From assembly GCA_008632985.1 (NCBI GenBank), contig QPGO01000039.1, positions 186,001 to 250,000 of the forward strand: DNA of 64,000 nt, written 5' to 3'. Every line of letters starts with the position of its first letter. The stretch's first letter is position 1. Shown here in pieces: positions 12,967 through 25,792 of this stretch. Under the pieces are notes generated by a model that ran no database searches, was not told the DNA's origin, and saw only the letters and a program-made list of their open reading frames with translations. A program made the translations under genes and the position numbers. The DNA comes from Psammoneis japonica (Eukaryota).

Positions 12967-15850
12967 CCAAGCAAACTGCGACCTGTCGGGTGTGGCACCA
13001 CTGTTCGTTGCACAGCTGGTGGCCTTGCCATGACTGCAACTGCTGCTTCCTTCACTGAATTCCTTTTGCCACAAGGACAATTTGGAGTTGGCGTCAAGGG
13101 AGGCCTTGACTGCCTCATCCACGCAACGCACGCTAACATCGAATGCTGTCTCAATGTCACAACCCCTGCTCACGCCCTCATCCTCCTCAATCTGGTTGGT
13201 TGCTTCAACGAATGCTCTTGCGACACTTGCTGTGGCGTTCTCAACTCCAACCCACAGTTCTGACATCTGCTCCCCATCTTCGACTTGTGCTGCGAAACTC
13301 CTGGCTCATGCTGGTGCCAAAATGACAAAGGCTCCTGGCAATCCTTCCTTCAACCTGAAGGATTTGCTCAAGGTTGCCTGCTCAGCCCGCTGCTCTCAGC
13401 ACTTGTTCTCAACGTGGTTTTTCAAGCTCAACAACTCAACATGGAACTCCGTGACTGCCTCCCCACTGCTGATGTTACGTCCACAACCTCTCTCATTGAT
13501 GACACAAGCATCTGGCTGCCACACACAGAACTTCTGTGGTTCCTCCAATGTCTCAAAGAAATCGGTCCCCCGCACGGTGTTAAACTCAGCCGCTCTAAGA
13601 CGTGCATCCTTGCATCCATCACCAGCTCTGGCCCTGTGGATTTGCTCCCACCGGAAAGTGCCAATGGCCTCCAACGTGCTCTCAACTTTCTCAATCCCAC
13701 CAACGACCCCACCTTCTCAGCGGAACACATGACAGGCATCCATTTCCTTGGTCAACCAGTTGGAAATGCGGACTTCGCCTGAACACATCTAGCTCAAAAA
13801 GCTGCCACCTTCCGCACCAACCTCAACCGCCTCTCGCAATGTCTGCATGATCGCCAAACCAAGAGCACCCTCTGCCGCACCTGTGCTCTCTCCTCCCTTC
13901 TTCACCTCCTTGCCTCTGACGCTTGTTTTAACTTTGACCCAGACAACCCGGACCTGCACACGACTGGAACTCGTCGTTCCAATCCAAAGTACAACAACAC
14001 TGCCATGAATTCCCACAGCACCTCACCGCACAATCTCAACCACTCCCAAACCATTTTATCCCACTGTCCAAACTTCCCACTTCCGCTGGTGGCCTGGGCT
14101 TCCATTCTGCTGCCGCGTCAGCCATTCCCTGCTTCGTCACAGAGCCAGCACAATCCCTCCGGCATGCTGCACATGGCATCCCATCCAAAGATGGTGCGAC
14201 CCTGCATCTTCCTCCGTTCTGCTCACGATCTCTCTGCACACAGGCCACTTCACACCAATTGCTCCACCCGCACAAAACATTCAAACACTGCGCCACCGCC
14301 GTTCTCCCATCGCTCGACGTGCCGCCTGCCTCCTTGGCTGCCTTTGTCAAGGACCACCAGCTCAAGCATGTGTCACACCACCTCTGCCATGCACACTTCC
14401 AATGTGAGCTCAAGACACTGCAACAATCGGGGCCGTTGCATGTTGCCATCCCACTCCCGTCACTTCTCTCCCCACTCACAAGCTTGCCCCTGCACTCCCT
14501 CACGCACTCTCTTCCTTCCCAGTGCCTTCCATCTGACCTTTTTCAGCTTCTGCTCCAACGAAAGCTGCACCTCCCAATCTCCTCTACCCACCTCGAATCC
14601 ATCTCATGTCCGGCCTGAAATGGCACCGCCGACCCTTGTGGTGGCCATGCCTTCTGCTGTCGTGCACTCGGCCACAAAACCACTCTCTCCAACGCAATCC
14701 GAGATGGGTCATTTGCCATCCTTCAAACCATCGCCCCCCTCTCTGGGATGTGCAAAGACTCCTCTGCTGTCCATCACAAACCAACCAACCTTGTCAGTCA
14801 CTCTCCTCTGAAACGCCCTGCTGACGTTGGCACACAACTTGCACCAGCAACTGACACCGCTTCACCCGCCACCCACACCTGCCTTGGAATTGACGTCACC
14901 GTTCCCAAGCCTCCCCCTTTGCCAGCTCCTGGCTTGCCTGCCCCTGCCAACAATCCTTGTGTTGAGGCACAAAACGCGAGCACAAAGCAGAAGTTCCACT
15001 GAAACCACAAGACTCAACATGGAGCCACCATGATGGAAGCACTCAATGACACCGGGGTCTGTGTGATCCCCTTCACTGTCGACCATTTTGGCGCCCCAGG
15101 ATGTTTTGCTCACCGCCTTCTGTTTGGGACAAACGTGAGCCACCCTGTCCCTGCTCCGCCTGCTCAGCCCTGGACATCAGCCACCTCCTTCCAACACCCA
15201 GCTGCACACACTGCATGCGCTTTTGTGCAATGTTCCCCCTCAGGCATTCTCACTGCTGCCTCCACTGCTTGGTCATCCATGTCCTCTGCTTGCTTTGGCC
15301 ATGCATGTCACGCTTCTACACCAGCCCAATGGGGGCTCCAAAGTTTCAGCCTTACGGTTGCAAAATCCTTGGCCAAACACCTGCAGAAATGTGCTCACAA
15401 ACTCCATGCACACATGGCAATGCCATCCTCCAAATCCCTGCCATGCCCAGCCTGCATGACCCGCTTCAACCACACCACACCATCTGTCACCCCCACCGCA
15501 CCACCAGGCGAAGTTGCACGTGAACTCCTTGTGCGTGCGCACCAGACAGCACCCAACCTTGCACACAAACAACACCAGCAGCAATCTTGCCGTGTCATCT
15601 GCCAACCGATCCGCACAAATGCTGGCAGTCCTGCAACAACAGCAAACATTGCCAAGGCAGAACCCGTGTAAAGTGCAAGTGGAGCAGTGACAACAAGGCC
15701 CCTGGTGCAAGATTTTATTTGCATGTTGTGCACTTCTAACAACTCCCAGTTGCATGTGTGTTTCCTGTCTTGTTCACGCCGTTCCTTTTGCCTCGACTGT
15801 CTTTCCCTGACTGTCGGTCTCTTGTTTTCTCATTCTGCCTGCCACATCAC

Positions 15851-16400
15851 TCAGACCTGCTGATTGCCAATGACCTCTTGATTCCACCACTGCTGAACTG
15901 TGTCATGCGAGACACGTCCAGTCTTGTGCACATCCAATTGCAAAAAAGCCGACTCCACTTCATGTGCTGTGAGTGACAATCCGAGTGCACCCAGAAAGGA
16001 ACCAAACTGTGCTTCAGTTAAACTTCCCTTGACACCCACATTGGCAATGGCAAATTGCTCTTGGAGTGTGGTTGGAGAGATGTCTTGTGTTTGCTGAGAC
16101 AATTTCTGTTTGGCACTGCAACCAATCAAAACAAACACGAGGCCAATCACACACACACAACTTCCAACAACAATGTGGCCCAATGACTTGACAGATGCAC
16201 ACAATGTGCCGGCCACAAAGTGCAAGATGATGCCATGTCCCCACACACATTGCAAAAACTTGGCATTTTCATGCAAGGACTTTTCTTCATGGAAACGTCC
16301 ACAACAGCTCAGTTGGCTGCCACATTCCAGCAGAAGAATCAAGAAACCACAGATGAACACATGGACATCAAAACAGCGTTTGACCATGAAAACGTAAAGA
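15851..16400 (-). pseudogene. Degenerate multi-TM (COPI-associated/TVP15-like) plus EF-hand gene fragment
   Basis: AKFLQCVWGHGIILHFVAGTL (Tyr replaced by Cys/His), hydrophobic helices, then two EF-like loops (..LDVHKTGRVS). Confidence 0.5.
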
Positions 16401-16429
16401 TGTGGCCAATCACACCTAGAATCGACACC

Positions 16430-16830
16430 ACCATGAGCGACAATGCCACGAGCAATGCCAAGACCCGCCTCAACCAACAGCTGGTCCCATGCAAGCTCCT
16501 GCCTCTGCCCCAACGCCATCTCCCATGGCTGCCCCAACTTTGTTGCCAACCAAAGCAACTTCTGCACCAACTCAGTCTTCTCCTGCGCCATCAACGCCCG
16601 GCACAACACCTTCCCCATTGGTGTTGCCAGTGGACACTTCTGCTCCAACTTCACCAAATGGTCCACTGCCAGTTGACACTCCATCTCCGACTGTGTTTCC
16701 TGTTGACACCCCCGCCCCCAGCCCGGGAACAGTGGTGCGAAGTGTCATTGAGGTTTTTGCCCTGCGGGGTGGAGACAAGTTTGAAGACTTTGGCTCTTTC
16801 CAATCCCAAGCATTGACTTCATTGGCAACA
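16430..16830 (+). pseudogene. Pro/Thr-rich stalk fragment of a diatom LRR-type surface protein
   Basis: PTPSPMAAPTLLPT...SVIEVFALRGGDKFEDFGSFQSQAL resembles the stalk and pre-LRR region of that family. Confidence 0.4.
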
Positions 16831-17169
16831 ATGCCAATGGCACCCAGTTCAGAATTCTCAAGACAGACAGACCAAGCATCCATCTCCTTCAAACATGTTC
16901 CTCTGCACAAAGATTCCTCCCATTTGTCCAGTTTGCATGGGGTTCCTTCAGGGAAAACTCAAGTTTCTGATGGTCAGGAATGACAGCATGTGGTGAGGTC
17001 TCCAAAAATGCAGTTGAGCCAAAGTGCACAGCCGTCTTTTCCTGTGATGTCACCGTTTGGGTTGCAGCGCCATTCTCCAGCAGCAAGACCCTGAGGTCCT
17101 CATTGAATGCTGCAAAATGACACACACTCATGTGGGCATGGGAACTGAGAAACGAACTCTGGATCATTG

Positions 17170-18570
17170 AGAACAATCAGGCAGGTGCGCTGCTTGACAG
17201 GGCAGTTTCTGATGTTGCACTCTTTGGGGTTGGCAGAGGGCTGGGTGTTTGGTGCTTGGTGTGGGACTTGGGGCACTGGGGAGGGGGTCAGAGTTGCAGA
17301 GTTCACTGGCGCATTGGCTCCGGTGACGTTGGGCTGGAAGCAGTGGGAGCAGCTGTCACATGGGCAGAAAGTGACAATGAAATTTGTGGACTGCCAGTTG
17401 TCGGTGCAGCTGAGGGTTGCTCCACCATGATTGCAGTTTCGCCATCACGGCACAATGCACAACAGCGATGAACAATGGCGACGCAGTCCGCTTGCAATTC
17501 TTTTAGCATCACAACATGACAAACATCTGCAGGTGCCACACCGGTGAAGTTGTTTGTGGACAGGTGCAGAGAGAGAAGCTTTTGGCAATCACCAAGTGCG
17601 TTTGGCATGTTTCTGGTGAACTGGTTGAACTCAAGGTCAAGAAAATTCAGATTCTTCAAGTTTCCCATCTCCAATGGAAGAGGGCCTCCAAGTCCACCAA
17701 ATTGCTCAGTTCTCCAATGTCATCAGGCAGCACACCAGCAAATTGATCATTTTGGAAGATGAGATTCCTCAATTCAACAAGATTCTTCAACGAGGTCAGA
17801 AATGGACTGCTCAAGGAGTTTGAACTGAGATCAATGTCAGTCAAATGAACAAGCAGTGCAAGATCACTCGGAATGACTCCCATGATGAGGTTGTTTTGCA
17901 GGTCCTGTCAAAGTGACTGCCGCTTGGTCTTTGGCGCATGCATCAAGCTCCAAAAGATCACATTTGATGCCATGACTGACATTCATCCTCTTGCGTGAGC
18001 CAATTTGATGCTTGGGCCCAGCCTTTGCCATTTGAAGCAAACTAAAATGTGGCAAGAGCATGTCATTGTACGATCATCCATTGGTCTTCCACAACCAAAG
18101 GGCTGAGCTCCAACCCATCTTGATTGGCCAGCCACTGCATGGCAAGCAACTCTGGACTCCATGGATCAGCAGAAGTGGCACTGCCCATGAAGCTTGTGGT
18201 GGACAGGAATGCTTCCATGTTGCTCTCACCTTCAGAAGTTTCTGACGGAGTCAAAAGAGGAGTTGGATGGACAGCCAGTCTGGGAGTTGGTGGTGGTGTG
18301 GGTTTTGGCATTTCAGCATCTTCTCTGCAGATGGACTGATGAGCAATTGGGGTCTGCACAGGCAGAGCAATGGTTGCAAAAATCTTGACTGCTCTGGCTG
18401 TTGATGTCTCCGGCATCAACCCATTCACTTCCGACAGCCAAAGTGCAGCTCAATCCACAACATGTGCCATCCAATGTGATGTCTGGCTTGTCACAGTCCA
18501 AGAGACCAATCAAGGCAAACCTTCCTCCTGGACAAAGAAAGTCGAGGCAAAGCTTGTTTCCTCCTGACAT
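17170..18570 (-). pseudogene. Leucine-rich-repeat protein pseudogene
   Basis: SPELLAMQWLANQD pre-LRR motif; plant-type LRRs GVIPSDLALLVHLTDIDLSSNSL, LKNLNFLDLEFNQF, LLSLHLSTNNFTG; several frameshifts. Confidence 0.8.
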
Positions 18571-19324
18571 GGCAAGTCACCAGTCCAGCAGCACGACAGG
18601 TGCTGGAACACCGTTTGATCTCCACAGATGTTTGGGGGCAGATCCAAGTGCCACTCCAAAACTGCATCTTGTGGTGTGTTTGAGTTGCGTGGAACAAAAC
18701 AAAGAGTGCAGATCTTCATTGGTGTTGACGTCTGCCCCCCATGGCAAGATGAACAAGGCTGGCAATCATCATGATTGCTTTTGCATTGCATGTTGGTCCG
18801 ATCTGTTGATTGTTTCATTTTTGCTCTTCAACCTGCAACACAAAAGAGCAAACAGCCGCACACATGATTTCAAGTTGTGTCACGTCATTCTTTCATGACC
18901 AAGAGGTTGTGGAAGCAGACTCATCAATTGCCCTTGATTCCACAAACCAGAGAGGCTGTTTGCAGTTGTCAAATCAAAAATTGCCTTCAATGCATGCTCC
19001 TTCCACCGGATTCAGTTTCACATCCTTTTCCTGCTGCCCATTGCTGAGTGATGTTTGTGGCAAATTTCATCATGTGTGGTGGGCTCACATCCTTTTCTTT
19101 TCCTGCCCATCTCTCAGGAGTGTGTGGTTGATGTGGACATGGCAGATTTTATCATGTGTTTGCATGATGCCCCTGCTCTCCTTTACCCAATGTTCCATGG
19201 GTGCTGCAGGTGCAGTCACAAAGCTTGGCACTGACTGGCTCAACTGAGTGCAGCACATGGCAGTTGCTGTGTTGTCCTTGTGTGCCACCGAATTTAACAT
19301 GTGGGGGAGAGCTGTTTCTTCCAG

Positions 19325-19636
19325 TGAGCAAATTGGTGCGTGTGACTGCTGATCTCTGCCATCCTCAGCTGCTTTGTTGGCAAGCCTGCATGAACTTGTG
19401 CTCAGATGAGTCCAATAAAGCCAAGCTGTGAGCCTCAAAGATGGCCATTGAAAGTGCTCCAACTGAGAGCTGCCTGTTTCTCTTCTGGTGGGCAAATTGG
19501 TGCATGTGTGGCTGCCAGTCTCTTCTGCCATTGTCAGCTGCTCTGTCAGCAGGCCTGCCCAAACTCATCCACAGATCAGACAAAAAAAGCTGAGTTGTGA
19601 GTCTCAAAGATGGTCACCAAAAGTGCTCTAACTGAC
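19325..19636. repeat. Diverged ~165-bp tandem duplication
   Basis: GCAAATTGGTGC...CTCAAAGATGG..AAAGTGCTC.AACTGA occurs twice. Confidence 0.6.
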
Positions 19637-20829
19637 ATGATTGCTGAGCAAACTCTTGGAGCACATTTGCCCACAAAGCACGACTCCTGCACTCCTGCGG
19701 CCAGACTCACATTTCTTTCCTTCTTGAGGCAGGTGCATGGCAGCCACCCACATGCTGGGGAGGCATGGCACAGTGGGCCAATTGTGGGCCAGCACCATCA
19801 CAGAGCTTTTTGATGTGGCCAAACAATTGCCTTGAGAGAGTGCCCACTTTTGGCTTTGCTCATGTCAGAGGGTGGGTGGAATGCACTCTCCTCCTGCAGC
19901 TCAACAAACTCACAAGAAACAATTCGCTCAAATTTTCCCTCAATCTTTTTGCCACAAAGCCCTCTGCAATTTTTTCCAATTTTGCCACCCTTGCCTTGGC
20001 TGCTCTCCCCACACTGGCCATGTCTCATCTTGGCTGACTTTGTTGCGCAGCTCTCAGGAGCTGTTGTTTTCTCATGTGATGTGAGAAAACGAGAGCAGCA
20101 GGCTGATTTGTGGAGCTCATCTCTCAGCACCTTGGACATGCTCCACCTCAATGTGAACATTTCAAGAATGCCTGCAGTGAGGCTCACACCAACGGTGACT
20201 TTGTTGCCAAGGTTGCTGACATGGACTCCTTGTGATCTCCAAAGTTGTTGCTTGCTGCTGCACTCAAAAAACCATTGTGCACAGCTCAAGAGAGGAGGCA
20301 CACTTGCTTCTTTTTTTCACAGCACACACTGGGCCTCAGAATGACACCCATCATGCGCCACTCTTGAAAAACCAAACCAGAGATTTTTGTGCCACGATGC
20401 ATGACTCCAAAGAACGTTGTTTTCACACCAAAGGCATGCAGCAGTTCCAATGACACATCCAACAACCGACAACACGACAGGCAAAAGATTTTGCAAAAAA
20501 TCAAAATCGCGATCTTTGCACGCTTCAGACAGTAATGAATCTACATGCGTGGATTTGTTACCGACTCCCACGTGTAATATTATATATTCAGCAATTAATT
20601 ATTTTCAATCATGACAGCTGTCTTGCATCATCCAACTGACACGACGGCAACGCGCGCTGACACAAAAATTCCTGAGAACAAAAAATTCTCACACAACCGT
20701 GGCATTGCCTCTGACAGAACAATAAGAATTTGTCATTGACTCTTTGTCATACCACGTTGTTACTACATTATTTGTTCGAAAAGGCTTGTTGTCACAACTT
20801 ACAAGGATCAAGAGAGAAAGAGTCGAAAC

Positions 20830-21822
20830 ATGTCGAGTCAAAAAGCAACATTCCGTAGTAGGAATGCAATGTTTGCACTCTTGATGTCCTGGGTGTCAAG
20901 TAGTAATACCGCCGCCGCATGGGTCATGCCTTCTTGTACAAGAACAACGTCATCACGCTTGTTTTATGAAAATCCCAAAGATTCTTCCTTTTTATCCGAG
21001 TGTGACTTGTTGCGTCTACAGGAAATGAAGAGTCGTCACGAATGCATTCCCATTTTGATCCTCGATGCGCTCGTTCCCGGTCAAGCGATTGAATTTGGTT
21101 CCTCCCAATCCAATTTTAACAAGCTTGTCGCACATGTTGTTCAAGAAGAAAAGGGAGAAATTGGTATTCTTGGATTGCATCCTACGACGGGGAATCCACT
21201 CAATACAGGAGTAAGTACCGGTAGTGTAGAACAAGGAGCAGTAGTTGCGGGGACTTTTTGTTTTGCGCAAATTCTGATCAAAGAACATTTTGCAACTCAC
21301 ATGTGCCCGTGTTGTTTTTGTTTTCTCGCCGTACATCAGGTTACTATTTCTGTCAATGCCGATAATGTCAAGCGCGACGCCCACAACTCACTCGTGATTT
21401 CTGGAATTGGAAGTCGAAGGTTTGACGTGCAGGGTGAACCCTTTTTGCACCCAGACCAATTCTACATGGCCAACGTGGAAATGACACCACCCGACGATGA
21501 CCAAGTCGACTTGATGACGGCACAACAAGTCGAACGGTGCAAACAACTCAAGGGGACAGTACTGCCTGATTTGATGGCCAAGTGGAAACAATTGAGAAGC
21601 AAGGACAATATGAATGACGAGCTTGTACTTGACGAGAGTATGCCAATGGATGACGACGCTGACATTAGCTTTTGGATTGCATCCGTCCTCAATCCGCCTT
21701 TTGAACGCAACAGCATTGTGGGTATGGACATTCGTCCCGCCATGTTGGCGTGTAAGAATGAGTACGAGCGAATTCATTTGGGATGCACCGCATTGGCTTG
21801 CAGCATTGATCGAATGTCTTAG
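20830..21822 (+). CDS. LON-protease N-terminal (substrate-binding) domain protein with N-terminal targeting peptide; intron 21211-21339
   Basis: PILILDALVPGQ, IGILGLHP, GIGSRRFDV motifs; GTAAGT...CAG in-frame 129-nt intron; signal-like N-terminus. Confidence 0.7.
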   Translation: MSSQKATFRSRNAMFALLMSWVSSSNTAAAWVMPSCTRTTSSRLFYENPKDSSFLSECDLLRLQEMKSRHECIPILILDALVPGQAIEFGSSQSNFNKLVAHVVQEEKGEIGILGLHPTTGNPLNTGVSTGSVEQGAVVAGTFCFAQILIKEHFATHMCPCCFCFLAVHQVTISVNADNVKRDAHNSLVISGIGSRRFDVQGEPFLHPDQFYMANVEMTPPDDDQVDLMTAQQVERCKQLKGTVLPDLMAKWKQLRSKDNMNDELVLDESMPMDDDADISFWIASVLNPPFERNSIVGMDIRPAMLACKNEYERIHLGCTALACSIDRMS

Positions 21823-22809
21823 AGCGACAAGAAGTGAATTGTTAAACATGCAAGCAGTTCTAAATGCCTGATCCACTCGGCAGCGAGTCACAAAATACAC
21901 AGGGAAACAAAACAAGGCTCGAGGCAAAAACAACAATCATGGTTGAAATAGCACACGACAAAAGCACGCAAAAAGCCCATGAATCTTTAACAGAAGAGCG
22001 AAACGATGCAACAAACGCCATCCTACAGAAGGATATTACATACTGAATTTTTTATAGATGCACGTTTACGCCAAAGACTACTCTCAATCATCTGGACATA
22101 AGTTTGTATGCAAGAGGCAAGCTCCAAAAGAGCTATAGCGCCAGAGAGAAGCAAGTGTTGCAAAGAGAGGACATCCTACCAGAACCAACTCGGAAGCTGC
22201 TCTTTAGCCCAAGATTGTGCACTGGCTCTCTAGAAATTGCTATCCCCAGTTCGCTACCTGTAAGCGATCCTTCGGATAAAAAATGAGCAGAGGGCCACAC
22301 AAAGGTATTAGAGCTAACGTCTCAGTCTACGTTGCTATGGAGTAGTACAACTTTTCTCATAATTTGAGACTACTAGAGCGTTCCTTGCATCTCAAATATA
22401 TTGTAAAACACTCGGTCAACAAAACAACTCGACCGACGCGAGCGACACGACAGACGGACTGACTCAACGAGCACGAGCAACTTTTTCTGCAAACAATCTG
22501 CATTGACGCGTGACGAGCAGACGGTACCTTCTACCGCTTTACTTTACTTCCTACCGCGGGTACTAAAATTCTGGCTCTGTAAGATTCTACGTCGTGACGT
22601 ACTAGTTCCGAGGTAGTACCAACGTGCACGCAAACTGCACGTCTCGACGAACCTCGCACGCGGCAAAACAACGCAAATCTCGTCTCGGCCCCGTGCCAAC
22701 CCGTTGCCTTTCCTCTTGCTATTCATTCATCGGTCGCTTCATCGACTCTTCTCTCCGTTGCATTTATTTCTTTCTTGTCATAGTTGTTCAATAGAGTTTT
22801 AATCGCATC

Positions 22810-23693
22810 ATGCCGACCAACGCCATCCACCGAAACTGTGAGTAACATCATGTTGATTGTGTTGTTGCTGTTGTTTCTCTTGAATCCATTCGTCGAGTTG
22901 CGCTCTACGTGGAGAGCGTGTAGAAAAGATACCGTCGTACTTGAGTGCTGTAGAATCAACGACTACTTTCCAACTGGATGAAGTGTTTGCGAACACCCGA
23001 ACTCTAAATCGTTTCTGATTGGGCGAGACGTGCTCGTCTTCCGATTCTCGACCAATCAGAGAGCTCAGATTGATTTTGCGGTTATTGTCCGTTAGTTTTT
23101 CGAATCTCTCTGAAGAATTTTCTTTTGCTTTTGCTCATGATTCAGACCGCAAAACCTTCAAGACTCCCCGTCGCCCATACGAGAAGGAACGTCTCGATGC
23201 CGAGCTCAGGCTCGTTGGCGAGTACGGCTTGAGGTGCAAGCGTGAAATCTGGCGTGTTCAGTTTGCTCTTGCCAAGTTGCGAAAGGCTGCCCGTACTCTC
23301 CTCACGCTCGACCCCAAGGACCCCAAGCGCATCTTTGAGGGTGCCGCTCTCCTGAGGCGCATGTCTCGTTACGGTCTCTTGGCCGACGACGAGCTGGAAC
23401 TGGATTTCGTCCTCCAGCTCACCACCCAAAAGCTCTTGGAACGCCGTTTGCAGACCAAGGTGTTCAAGCAAGGCCTTGCCAAGTCGATTCACCACGCTCG
23501 TGTGTTGATTCGGCAGCGCCACATTCGTGTGGGCAACCAGCTCGTGAACGTGCCCTCGTTCAATGTGCGTACCTCGAGTGAAAAGCACATTGACTTTTCG
23601 GCCAACAGCCCCTATGGACAAGGTGCTCCTGGACGTGTCGCCAAGAAGCGTGCTGCTTCCAGGGCGGCCGAAGGAGGTGACGATGAGGAGTAA
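22810..23693 (+). CDS. RPS9: 40S ribosomal protein S9 (uS4); exons 22810-22837 and 23146-23693
   Basis: [30 protein letters not shown]...[27 protein letters not shown]...TTCAG intron restores the frame. Confidence 0.97.
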
Positions 23694-25330
23694 GCAATGA
23701 AGTTTTTACCAATTACAATTTACAACTATAATGAGAAATGTCAATGGACTTTCATTTAATGTAGCTTTGTTGTGCTAGTTTAGAATCGTTGTGATTAGAA
23801 GTGGAGGGTGTTCTTTTGGTGGGTACATGCACGAAGGAAATGGTTGCGTCTTGTTTGATGTCGTACCGTAAGGTTCCGTATGGGAAGCAGAACAAACAAA
23901 AGCATCAAAACTCTGCCATAGAGCACTCCTCACGTGGTAAAGTCATACTGCGAAAATGCTATTCTCCACCACCTCACGTCGTGTTTAGTTTGCTCAAGTC
24001 GTGTCGGCTGGAGTAGATATATGTGTTTGACACGTTACTCGTTTCTCTGCAAAACTCAACGAGCTTCACGTTGGACGTCGAACAAGGTGCATCAATTCAG
24101 GCGAGGACGACTCAACGGCTTTTGCTATTTCCTTGTAATTGTAAATGAGCTCGTCGTGACTCGGCATGGATGGTCTATTGTTCCCTTGAGTGGAAGGAGC
24201 GTGGACGCATTTCTCCATCGACCGAATCGAGCATGTTGCAAACAAGTAAAGCCCATGCCTCAATGCTGGATTGAAACTGCGCCTTTGAATGCAAATATCA
24301 GTACGAGTGCCAGTGTTGGCATAGACTGAATATCCGGGTTTGTCTTGTGCATTGCAGTCTCGAACCATGCACACTAGACGATCCAACGCGTTGGATCGAA
24401 TGAAGGGGGCAAGACTACTTGCATTCAATCGAGAGGCAAGACCCTCGTTGATGGCCTTGTTGGACACATAACAACAAGAATGCTATTTGCTTGTATAGTG
24501 TCGTCGTTCAGCATTTTCAAACCCTCCACAATATAACTTCATCCTCAGTCGGAGGTGCCTTGCCAGGAGCTCGGTTACGCGCAAGAGCTCTTCTTTTGCA
24601 TCCTTGTAGCGCCTGTTCGTTCATTCTTTAAAAGGCTCAAAGTGCAGACGAAAACACGTTGAAACCGTGTGCGTGTATAGTGTCTCTTACAAGACGTTGA
24701 ACAAAGTTGGAACCACTGCAATTGTTCATGATGAATACCCTGGGTCTGCCGTCGGGAGAAAGTGCCCTTGTTTCCCCTTGTGTAGCGAGATTGCATTCTC
24801 TTTTTGGTACCAAGGAAAAAACACAGTGACAGCGAGAGCCAACACAATCACTCAATCTTTTGTATCTTCCGGATCAAGACCATAAATATAAGATAGAGCA
24901 GTCGAAAGAAAGAGAACAAAAGCATGAAATGAAATCAGAAGTGTTAAGGTTATACTCCTAGGGCCCTATTTCATCGGCATTTTTGTGCGTGGAAAAAACC
25001 CAAACAGCACAGAAACCAACTATTCATCGATGCACACATCACTCCAGATTGGACCTCAAAGGAATGAGGAATGCATCTTTGTGACAATGATTAATTCACC
25101 AATTCTTGCACGTCCAACATGTATGAGAGGGCAAACACGTCAGTGAAGCGAGATTCCCTCAGGTTTTGCGATCCAAAGCCAGAGCCAAAAGGTGAATGAA
25201 GCCCGACAAGCACAACACAACGAAAGTGTACCGTAACACCGTAACAGGTGTCATAACATCATACTGCATCTGATTTGGACTACACTCGCTACGAGCCGTG
25301 TTATCAAAAAGAGAAGCAAGCTCAAGAAAT

Positions 25331-25792
25331 ATGTTTTGGAAAAACTGTGTCCCCGTGATCGTCGTGATTGTACTGTGTCAAATGATGCTTCACGTCACTT
25401 GTCTGAGCACTTTGCCCATGTCACGTCGCAGCGGAACTTCCCATTCCAGGGTATGCCTCGCAGCGAGTGCGGGAGACAATGACTCGGTGACTAATCCTCA
25501 GAAAGAATTGTCCCGCATGGCCTTTCTTGCCAAGAGCGCCACGAGTGCCCTGACATTCATGACGATACTGTCGCCGCAATCCGCCATGGCGGCCAAAGAG
25601 GTGGATGAGAGTCTCAAGGGTACCAAGCAAGATCCCACATACGAGGCGTGCGTCTCCAAATGCATGTACGAATGCACCAAACCCAAAGGCATGGAGCAAA
25701 AGTCGAGAAAGGAGTGCTTGCCGGGTTGCAAGCAGGAGTGTGCCACCACAAAGCAACAGCTCATGCTGGGTACGCCAATCAATAAAGAGTAA
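25331..25792 (+). CDS. Small Cys-rich protein with signal plus possible thylakoid-lumen presequence
   Basis: Hydrophobic N-terminus, SRMAFL...SPQSAMA-A cleavage-like site, mature part with two CxxxCxxxC motifs. Start codon uncertain. Confidence 0.7.
   Translation: MFWKNCVPVIVVIVLCQMMLHVTCLSTLPMSRRSGTSHSRVCLAASAGDNDSVTNPQKELSRMAFLAKSATSALTFMTILSPQSAMAAKEVDESLKGTKQDPTYEACVSKCMYECTKPKGMEQKSRKECLPGCKQECATTKQQLMLGTPINKE

Larger units (their letters stand above)
10950..15500 (+). mobile_element. Degenerate non-LTR retrotransposon with RT and restriction-like endonuclease (CRE-like)
   Basis: FVALHKDPDN|SKLRPVG, QFGVGVKGG, EGFAQGCLLSPLL, LIDD, FLGQPVG, and C-terminal RPADVG...GIDVTV. Interrupted by two MITEs; ends approximate. 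Confidence 0.8.

Noticed and set aside
1400..20500. Many overlapping 60-270 aa Cys/His-rich ORFs as real genes
   Set aside because: By-product of TpA loss removing TAA/TAG; recognisable parts are frameshifted TE or pseudogene remnants.
24066..24467. 133-aa minus-strand ORF as a gene
   Set aside because: No recognisable motif, start or splice structure; cannot be supported.
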